A stretch of DNA of 45,544 bases, from NCBI GenBank assembly GCA_041619515.1, contig JBFKDW010000014.1, positions 1 through 45,544 of the forward strand, in the 5' to 3' direction. Shown piece after piece: positions 1 through 6,629 of this stretch (within the stretch, counting starts at the first letter, position 1; each line of letters opens with the position of its first letter). This stretch comes from Acidimicrobiia bacterium. Its GTDB lineage: Bacteria; Actinomycetota; Acidimicrobiia; Spongiisociales; SHLN01. The notes beneath the pieces are model-generated. The model worked only from the letters and a program-made list of their open reading frames with translations. It had not been told where the DNA came from and ran no database searches. The position numbers were made by a program, and so were the translations under genes.

Positions 1-1
1 C

Positions 2-184
2 CGCGCCAGGGTCACCGGCGTCGCTCCGGTCCGCCTGGCGTTTGCCGCCATCGTGCTGGCGGCGACGCCGCTGGTCTCCGAAGTGGACGCAGCGGTGACC
101 CTGTGGGCGCTGGCGGCGCTCACCGTGGGTCTGATCGCCGTAGAGCGGCGCCGCCTCGAGCCCGCTGCCACCTCGGGCGTGTGA
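2..184 (+). CDS. 3' end of a membrane protein, truncated by the window edge (possibly LtrA-like)
   Basis: Frame 2 reads RARVTGVAPVRLAFAAIVLAATPLVSEVDAAVTLWALAALTVGLIAVERRRLEPAATSGV*, with two hydrophobic helices and GC3-rich codons. Confidence 0.5.
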   Translation, partial: RARVTGVAPVRLAFAAIVLAATPLVSEVDAAVTLWALAALTVGLIAVERRRLEPAATSGV

Positions 185-248
185 CGGCACCCTTCCTGGG
201 GTGCCGGTGGCCCGCCGGTAGCATTGGTCACCCGCCGCAAAGGGACGC

Positions 249-1433
249 ATGACCGTCGACAACGAGCTGCACGACCTTGGTGACGCCGCATCGATGATCG
301 TCGAAAGGCTCGTGGAGCCGGTCGAGGGCATGCATCGCATCATCTCCGGCCGTGCCTTTCGGTATGTCGGGCCTCCCGGTGCGCCGGTGCGGGCCGTTCA
401 CGACACCGTCGTCGGCGGGGTCTACGAGTCCATTCGCCGCGCCGCCGGCTGGCTCGGGACCGGGGTGGGAGCGATGCTCGCCGCCCGGCTCCCGGCCGTG
501 GATCCGGTTTCGAGCACCTCCCCCGGAGCCGGGCTCCAGGCCGCCCTCAACGCAGTGTGGGGAGATGAGCTGGAGGCTCGGGGCAACACGCTGGCAGTGT
601 CGCTGTCGGTTCGAGCCGAAGGCCGGGCGGTCGCGCTCGATGCGGCCTCGTTGGCGGCGGCCTTCCCCAGCCCCACCGATCACATCGTGGTGCTGCTGCA
701 TGGTCTCGGACAGACCGAGCAGTGCTGGCTGTCACCGCTCACCGATGGCGCTCCCGGGCTGCATGAGCGGATGGTGGGGAGCTCTCGGCTCAGCCCGGTG
801 GGTGTCCGGTACAACTCGGGATTGCCGGTCGCCCAGACCGGGGCCGAATTGGCCGGGCTCGTGGAGTCGCTGTCGGAGAGCTGGCCGGTCACCCGCCCCC
901 GTATCTCGTTCGTCGGCTACTCCATGGGCGGCCTGGTTGCCCGCAGCGCCCATGCGGCCGGCATCGCGGCCGGGCACGAGTGGGTGAGGGACGCGCTCGA
1001 CCTGGTGACCGTGGGCGCCCCCCATCATGGATCTCCGGTGGCTCGCGGGCTGCGGATCGGCTCGCAGGCACTGGGAATCGCCAGGACGAGCCGGCCCTTG
1101 CGGGACTTCCTCGAAACGGCGTCGGCCGGTATCAAGGATATGGAAGACGGCGCCGGGGTGGCGACGGCCTGGGAGGAAGCGGCCGCGCTGCCGCCGGGTG
1201 AGGCGGGGGCGATCCGCCAGCACTTCGTGGCCGCCGTGGTCACCGGCGACCCGGCGCACCCGTTCGGGGTTCTCGCCGGCGATCTCATCGTGCGGGTGAG
1301 CAGCGCCGCCGGCCACCGGCTGGCACCCGAGAACGTGCGGGTGCTCGCCAGCCGCCGTCACTTCTCACTGCTGGCCGACCCTGAGGTGGCCGGCCAGGTC
1401 ATCGACTGGCTCGAAACCGACTCCATCTCCTAG
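249..1433 (+). CDS. Alpha/beta hydrolase, lipase/PGAP1-like
   Basis: Oxyanion motif LLHGLG, nucleophile elbow GYSMGG, GAPHHGS, C-terminal GDLIV and HFSLL; TAGCAT -10-like element upstream. Confidence 0.85.
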   Translation: MTVDNELHDLGDAASMIVERLVEPVEGMHRIISGRAFRYVGPPGAPVRAVHDTVVGGVYESIRRAAGWLGTGVGAMLAARLPAVDPVSSTSPGAGLQAALNAVWGDELEARGNTLAVSLSVRAEGRAVALDAASLAAAFPSPTDHIVVLLHGLGQTEQCWLSPLTDGAPGLHERMVGSSRLSPVGVRYNSGLPVAQTGAELAGLVESLSESWPVTRPRISFVGYSMGGLVARSAHAAGIAAGHEWVRDALDLVTVGAPHHGSPVARGLRIGSQALGIARTSRPLRDFLETASAGIKDMEDGAGVATAWEEAAALPPGEAGAIRQHFVAAVVTGDPAHPFGVLAGDLIVRVSSAAGHRLAPENVRVLASRRHFSLLADPEVAGQVIDWLETDSIS

Positions 1434-1439
1434 CGCCGA

Positions 1440-1597
1440 TCACTCTTGTTCGTCTCGCAAGCTGCGCGACGTCAGATCCAGCACCACGTCCCGGGGCGCC
1501 TTTCCACCCCGAGCCGCTTCGAAAGCGGAAGAGCGGCCTCGGCGGTGCGGACGCCCTCGGCCACCGAGGCGGTCGTCTGCAAGATGTCGTCGAGCTG
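1440..1597 (-). pseudogene. Remnant of the C-terminus of NAD(P)H-dependent glycerol-3-phosphate dehydrogenase (GpsA-like)
   Basis: Minus strand reads (TAA)QLDDILQTTASVAEGVRTAEAALPLSKRLGVE, then in another frame GKAPRDVVLDLTSRSLRDEQE*; this matches the GpsA tail pattern with the MPI..V..VL segment missing. Confidence 0.55.
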
Positions 1598-1776
1598 TTA
1601 CAGCAGGCTCTGGACGAAACGAGCGGGGGCAGGTCGGGAGAGGCGCCACTCCTGGCTGGGGACCTCCCGAGCCTGAGCCGGCCACGCCGGCATTCCGGAA
1701 CCCACCCGGCGAGCAGCCGCTGAGGGGTTCTATACGCCCGACGAGCTCGCCATCCTTCTCGCCGACGGCCGCCCGT

Positions 1777-1802
1777 GTTTACGGGGCCGCGCGAACGGGT
1801 AC
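1777..1802 (+). promoter_or_regulatory. SigB/SigF-type general stress promoter
   Basis: GTTT-N16-GGGTAC, about 30 nt upstream of the PA2169-family gene; RBS AAGGAG follows. Confidence 0.6.
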
Positions 1803-1832
1803 TAGGGAGGACAGCTACCAAGGAGTTGAACC

Positions 1833-2315
1833 ATGGCCAACGTCTCACCCATCCAGGCGCCGATCCCCGACGCCGATCGCACGACCGTCGATCCCCGTAT
1901 CGAAGACACGCTCGGGCGCCTCATCAACCTGTGCGCCGACGGAGTGGAGGGGCACAAGCGCTCTGCGGCTCTCGTCGAGGACCAGGTTGCCAAGCAGTTG
2001 TTCGAGGGCTGGGCCCGGGAGCGCGCCGAGTTCCTGTCCGGCCTGCAAGAGCTCGGCGCCCGCCACGCTGTCGGCGAGGAGGAACCGGGCACAACCGCCG
2101 GCGCCGTCCATCGGGCCTGGACCACCGTTATCGAGACCATCTCCGGCGACAGCGCCGTGATCGACGCAGCCGCCACCGGCGAGGGCGTCGCCATGGAGGC
2201 CTACGAGGAGGCGCTCGAAATCGGTCTGCCCGCCGAGGTTCGCAAGGTCGTTCAGCACCAGTACGAGCAGATCAGCGAGATTCGCCAGCGCCTCATCAAC
2301 TGGGAGACCACCTAG
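1833..2315 (+). CDS. PA2169-family (DUF2383) ferritin-like four-helix-bundle protein
   Basis: LINLCADGVEGH...GAVHRAW...GE..AMEAYEEAL...LPAEVRKVVQHQY pattern; good RBS. Confidence 0.85.
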   Translation: MANVSPIQAPIPDADRTTVDPRIEDTLGRLINLCADGVEGHKRSAALVEDQVAKQLFEGWARERAEFLSGLQELGARHAVGEEEPGTTAGAVHRAWTTVIETISGDSAVIDAAATGEGVAMEAYEEALEIGLPAEVRKVVQHQYEQISEIRQRLINWETT

Positions 2316-2350
2316 CAACCACACACCCTGCGCCATCGTTCCCAGGGGGG

Positions 2351-2406
2351 CCCGGGCGCTGCAGCCTCATGCCGGCGAAGGTCGGCAGAGTCCTTCAGCG
2401 CCCGGG
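2351..2406. repeat. Long intergenic stem-loop
   Basis: cccgggcgctg (2351-2361) pairs with cagcgcccggg (2396-2406); inner stem tgccggc/gtcggca closes a GAAG loop. Confidence 0.6.
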
Positions 2407-2492
2407 GTGGGGGGCCTCGCCATACGGCTATGCCGGGACCTCCCGCGGCGCGGTTGCTAGGTTGTGCCTCGGACTAGCGAGAGAGGGTTGAC

Positions 2493-2804
2493 GTGGCTAC
2501 GAATTATGTGCTCCTGTACAAGGGAGGCATGGGACCGGAAGGGCGCAGCGAGGAAGAAGTCGCCCAGGTCATGGAGGCATGGGGCAAGTGGTATGCCTCG
2601 GTGGGGTCCGGGATAGTCGACGGTGGCAACCCGTTCGGGGCATCGATGGCGGTCACGAGTGACGGCAACACCGAGCCGTCCGGGATCACCGGCTACACGG
2701 TGATCAGCGCAGACGACATGTCGAGCGCCATGGCCCTCGTCAAGGGCCACCCCCATCTCGATGAGGGCGGCACCGTAGAGGTGTACGAGACCTTCGAGAT
2801 GTAG
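2493..2804 (+). CDS. YciI-like protein
   Basis: AWGKW...IVDGGNPFG...TGYTVISADD..A..LVKGHPH..GGTVEVYE pattern; GTG start with RBS GAGAGGG. Confidence 0.75.
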   Translation: MATNYVLLYKGGMGPEGRSEEEVAQVMEAWGKWYASVGSGIVDGGNPFGASMAVTSDGNTEPSGITGYTVISADDMSSAMALVKGHPHLDEGGTVEVYETFEM

Positions 2805-2810
2805 AGCTTC

Positions 2811-2858
2811 CCAGGGGCAACCCTGGGCGGCCTCACTAACGAGCCCTGCTGGTAGGGC
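2811..2858. terminator. Tandem hairpins between convergent genes, probable bidirectional terminator
   Basis: ccaggg-gcaa-ccctgg (GNRA loop) and gccct-gctggt-agggc. Confidence 0.45.
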
Positions 2859-2862
2859 CTGT

Positions 2863-3546
2863 TCAGTTGATCGTAAAACCGGGGTGGGTGGCGAAGGCGT
2901 TGTCGATCACGAAATTGGCCCGCTGGCGGGCCGACTGGCGGAGCGCCCACGTCGTGCGCCGCCCATCGGCATAGAACCACCACAGGTACAGCGCTCCGTA
3001 CATCCAAGCGCCGTGATACCCCCAGCTGGAGTCGGCGCCGCTCTTGCCGGAACCGTACGCCGAGCCGGATGGGAATTTGGCGTTGTGGGGCTTGCCGCCG
3101 ATATGACGGGACTCATGAACAAGCGTCTCTGCCCTGCTGGCTACGTTGATGCTGTAGAAGAAACCCAGATAGAGCTCCACCCGATCGTCAACCCAGAAGC
3201 CGCTCCAGGCGGTGGCGATGGCAGATCCGTCTCCACACTTGGACCGCAGGTCGTCCAGCTGGTTCCTCACATAGCGCCGCCCCCAGTGGAGGATGTTGTT
3301 GCTCCACTGCTCGTTCCAGTAGTCGTCGGCGGAATAGTTCAAGAGCCAGATGGCATTCAGCGTGCGCGCCAGAGCCTTGTTGGTGTTGCACACGTCGTAG
3401 TAGCCGAAGCCGTCATCCCAGTACTTCTTTCGGAAACCGTGGGCAGTCCAGGCCCAATCGATGAACGGCTGCCAACAGATCCGTGGACCGTAGAGGTTGT
3501 CGCCGCTGGTGTTCTTGTCCGGAACCGAATAGGTGCACGATGCCAT
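2863..3546 (-). CDS. Putative zinc metallopeptidase, Trp/Tyr-rich, no signal peptide
   Basis: SRAETLVHESRHIGGKPH fits HExxHxxGxxH; downstream AWMY could be a Met-turn; RBS GGGGAG. Confidence 0.7.
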   Translation of the reverse strand: MASCTYSVPDKNTSGDNLYGPRICWQPFIDWAWTAHGFRKKYWDDGFGYYDVCNTNKALARTLNAIWLLNYSADDYWNEQWSNNILHWGRRYVRNQLDDLRSKCGDGSAIATAWSGFWVDDRVELYLGFFYSINVASRAETLVHESRHIGGKPHNAKFPSGSAYGSGKSGADSSWGYHGAWMYGALYLWWFYADGRRTTWALRQSARQRANFVIDNAFATHPGFTIN

Positions 3547-3561
3547 GTGAGAATCTCCCCC

Positions 3562-4332
3562 TTACTCTTCGTCGACCGGTCCGGCCTTCGGGCTCTTGCG
3601 CTTCTTTTCGGGCCGGCGCACCGCATCGAAACGGGGCGGCTCCGCCTTGTCGGCGGCCCGGCCCGCCTCGCTGAGATGCTGCTGAGGCTCCGGAATCTGC
3701 TCGACCTCGCGGACGTCGGCCGGCCGGATCTCCAGCAGATAATGCTGCTCCTTCGGCAGGCAGTCGGCGATGCGACCCCGCAGATCGTCGGCCTGCGGCG
3801 ACTGCAGAAGCGCCTGAACTGCCGCCCGCCGCACCGAGATCGAGGGCACGTTCAAGAAGTCGAACATCGTCTCGATGACCTCTTCATCGCCTTCCCGCGT
3901 CAGTGCGGCGAGGCCGTCGATAGCGGTCGTTCGCAGAATCGTCTCCTCACCCACCGTCGTAAACGAGTGTGGATCCGGTGACCGCTCGGGTGGGATTGGG
4001 GTCAGGACAAGCGTGCGGAGCAACGGGAGGGCCGCCCGGTCGTGGAGCTCCGCAGCCGCGTGCACCAGCGACCATCTGAGCTCGTAGTCATCCTCCGGAC
4101 AGGTGCCGAGGCCTCTGGCGATCTCCACGGCGACTTCCGCCGCGTTCTTTCGAAGCCGGTCGCGAGACTCTTCCAAGGCCTCCTGAGAGTCCTCGTCGCT
4201 CGAGTGCATGTCCTCCAGGAATGCTTGCAGAAGCAGGCCGGCCGGCGAATCCGAGATCCGCTGGTGCGGTGCTGCCCCCTGTTCAACCGAATCGTCCTGG
4301 TTCACCTCTGGCCTGTCGTCGTCAGCTGCCAT
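3562..4332 (-). CDS. Acidic HEAT/ARM-repeat-like helical protein
   Basis: LRWSLVHAAAELHDRAALPLL, LRTTAIDGLAAL, VRRAAVQALL; RBS GGAGG before ATG 4332. Confidence 0.7.
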   Translation of the reverse strand: MAADDDRPEVNQDDSVEQGAAPHQRISDSPAGLLLQAFLEDMHSSDEDSQEALEESRDRLRKNAAEVAVEIARGLGTCPEDDYELRWSLVHAAAELHDRAALPLLRTLVLTPIPPERSPDPHSFTTVGEETILRTTAIDGLAALTREGDEEVIETMFDFLNVPSISVRRAAVQALLQSPQADDLRGRIADCLPKEQHYLLEIRPADVREVEQIPEPQQHLSEAGRAADKAEPPRFDAVRRPEKKRKSPKAGPVDEE

Positions 4333-4390
4333 CGCCCCCTCCTGTCGATCGCCTCGACTAACCATACGCTGCCCCCATACTCGGCTATCG

Positions 4391-4412
4391 GTGTCTCACA
4401 TGTGTCTCAGAT
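4391..4412. promoter_or_regulatory. 11-bp-period direct repeat, candidate transcription-factor operator
   Basis: GTGTCTCACAT GTGTCTCAGAT, about 60-80 nt upstream of the HEAT gene start. Confidence 0.45.
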
Positions 4413-4452
4413 CTGGTGACAGCCCGCCGGGTGTGCGCTCAATGCCCTGGCA

Positions 4453-4908
4453 CTAGCTGCCGAGGGCCAGGGGGAGCTTCAGGCCGCGGCGTGGCACGGC
4501 TGAGGAGGTCACGATGTTGGTGACCGTCTGGCCGTACTCGCCCAGCTTGGTGAGCACCTCCTCGAGGTGAGCGGTCGACGCCACCCGGGCGCGAATGACG
4601 TGGCTCTCTGCGCCGGTGACGCGATGGCATTCGAGGACCTCGGGGATGTCTCCGACCGCTGCGTCCAGTTCCCGGCCTGCCTCGCCGGTGGTATTCATGC
4701 GGATCACCGCTGTGATCGGAAGGCCGAGCTTCTCGGGATTGAGGCGGACCTCGAAACCGTCGATGACGCCGGCCTTCTCCAGCTTGCGAATCCGGTCGGC
4801 GATCGCCGGCGGCGTGAGCCCGACCCGTTCTGCCAACTCCTTGTAGCTGATCCGGGCATCCTGTTGCAGGGCCCCGAGGATCAGCCAGGTGATGTCGTCA
4901 AATCTCAC
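4453..4908 (-). CDS. Lrp/AsnC-family transcriptional regulator
   Basis: ILGALQQDARISYKELAERVGLTPPAIADRIRKLEKAGVI (HTH) and PEVLECHRVTG (RAM domain); GTG start at 4908 chosen. Confidence 0.92.
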   Translation of the reverse strand: MRFDDITWLILGALQQDARISYKELAERVGLTPPAIADRIRKLEKAGVIDGFEVRLNPEKLGLPITAVIRMNTTGEAGRELDAAVGDIPEVLECHRVTGAESHVIRARVASTAHLEEVLTKLGEYGQTVTNIVTSSAVPRRGLKLPLALGS

Positions 4909-5103
4909 AAGAAGCCATCCCCCGAAAGGACCCGGGTTGTTGCGCCCTCGCGTCTTTTGTAATAGAAAGTAATCATGCCACTTCGGATTATAAAGCAAGA
5001 AGCTTTCTGCTAGTCACCCGTCACAACGAAACGTGGAGCGCTCAAGCTGCAGTACCTTGAGACGAAGAACCAACTCAGGATCAAGAACCAAAGGTGAAGT
5101 GAC

Positions 5104-5265
5104 ATGAAGAGCAAGTTCGACCAGGCGTTCAACGAGCTGCTCGCCAGCTGGCGGCACCACGAAATGCTGCGGGCGAGCCACGCCCCGATCTCGGACCTCG
5201 TCGAGTCGCGTATGCAGTTGCAGCGAGCGCGTGTCGAGGTGTCCCAGGCGCGCCGCACGTTCTAG
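5104..5265 (+). CDS. Small 53-aa helical protein, divergent from the Lrp gene (not in the ORF track)
   Basis: MKSKFDQAFNELLASWRHHEMLRASHAPISDLVESRMQLQRARVEVSQARRTF*; RBS AAGGTGA; GC3-rich codons. Confidence 0.65.
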   Translation: MKSKFDQAFNELLASWRHHEMLRASHAPISDLVESRMQLQRARVEVSQARRTF

Positions 5266-5392
5266 CCGAAGCGTACGGGTTCAGCTGGTGTGACGGGGTC
5301 GTCCCCGGGTCGGGGCGCCAAAGGATTCAACCTATTGCGCGAACTGGTCGATAGGGCGCCAGACCGGCTGCGGCCGGTTTGGAGGTACCCAC

Positions 5393-5947
5393 ATGAACGA
5401 CCAGCGCGATCCTGCACTCATCGAACAACCCGTTGTCGATCCCTACCGCGAGCTGGCGGCACTGCCGCCACCGCCCATGCTGACCGCGGACATGCTGCCG
5501 ACCCCCGGCCCGGACCGGACTGAAATCAACCGGCGCCTCGGCCAAGGCGTCGGTCAACTCATGCTGCTGGGAATCGGCATCATGCTGCTGGTATTCGGCG
5601 GGCTCAGCCTCTCCCAGACCGGCTTCGAGTTCGGAGCGGATGCGGTGTCCGCCTCGGTGGCAGGCCTCCATCACACGGCCCTCATGGCCGTCATCGACCT
5701 CGGATTGGGTTTCACGCTCGTCTCGGCCGGCGCCCGCAGCCGGCTGGACTGGGGCTCGGTCCGCCTCGTCGGCGGCGTCGGCCTCGCCTTCGGCGTCATC
5801 CTCCTGGCAGAGACGGATGTGTTGCGCGACTGGCTGGGCGCAGGCACCGCCAGTGGCTGGCTCTTCGTGGTCATCGGGGCGGTGCTGCTGGTCACCGCCA
5901 TCGTGCATCCGATGGTGCTCGGCGACGACGGCGAACGCCTCTTCTAG
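5393..5947 (+). CDS. Hypothetical membrane protein, about 4 TM helices
   Basis: RBS GGAGG; four hydrophobic segments after a Pro-rich N-terminus. Confidence 0.7.
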   Translation: MNDQRDPALIEQPVVDPYRELAALPPPPMLTADMLPTPGPDRTEINRRLGQGVGQLMLLGIGIMLLVFGGLSLSQTGFEFGADAVSASVAGLHHTALMAVIDLGLGFTLVSAGARSRLDWGSVRLVGGVGLAFGVILLAETDVLRDWLGAGTASGWLFVVIGAVLLVTAIVHPMVLGDDGERLF

Positions 5948-5975
5948 CCCACCGCTCGCCGAGCGCGACCGTGGG

Positions 5976-6503
5976 TCAGGAGCATTCCCGCTCGAAGAAG
6001 GCCGCGATGTTGTCGGCCGCCTGCTGCACCTCATCGGTGTCGAGCAGAGCGGCGGCGGCTTCCAGCTCTGCGATGGTCGCCTGGTCCATCGACGCCATGC
6101 TTTGGGGGTCGGTGTAGTCGAAGCCGAGGTCTTCGAGCGTCTCCCAGAATTCGCCGAAAGCATCGGCGAACAGCTGCATGTCGGACCGTATCTCGGCTGG
6201 GGCCCGGTCGGCGAACTCTTGGAAGTAGTCGGCGGTGAACTCGACACCTCCGGCGCTCGAGCCGCCCGAGAAGGCGGCGCTGGCGGCGGAGACCGAGTCC
6301 ATGGCCCAATTCAGGAGCTCGGGGCAATTGAGTGGGGACATGTCCGAACCATCGTCGAAGTCGATGGACGAGCCGGTAGTTGATGGGCCGACGGTGCCCG
6401 CCGGTGTGGTTGTGGCAGGGGCGGGCGAGTCGGCGTCGCCGTCCGAGCCTCCGCATCCTTGGAGGGCGAGCACGAGTGCGATGAAGACCGTGATGGAGCG
6501 CAT
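5976..6503 (-). CDS. Acidic lipoprotein
   Basis: MRSITVFIALVLALQGC lipobox, Thr/Pro linker, helical domain with a probable Cys pair; RBS AAGGA. Confidence 0.75.
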   Translation of the reverse strand: MRSITVFIALVLALQGCGGSDGDADSPAPATTTPAGTVGPSTTGSSIDFDDGSDMSPLNCPELLNWAMDSVSAASAAFSGGSSAGGVEFTADYFQEFADRAPAEIRSDMQLFADAFGEFWETLEDLGFDYTDPQSMASMDQATIAELEAAAALLDTDEVQQAADNIAAFFERECS

Positions 6504-6629
6504 AGCTAAATCCTTTCCTTTCACGCCATTGCACCACGACCGGGGTGAGGCGACTATGGGAGAAAGTCCGGTCTTTCCCGCCGCCGACCCACGCGCATGC
6601 AACAATTCCCTTCCCAGAGGAGACGAGGC

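Noticed and set aside
4909..4998. 30-aa N-terminal extension of the Lrp ORF in the track
   Set aside because: It runs through the AT-rich promoter region; Lrp homology starts at GTG 4908
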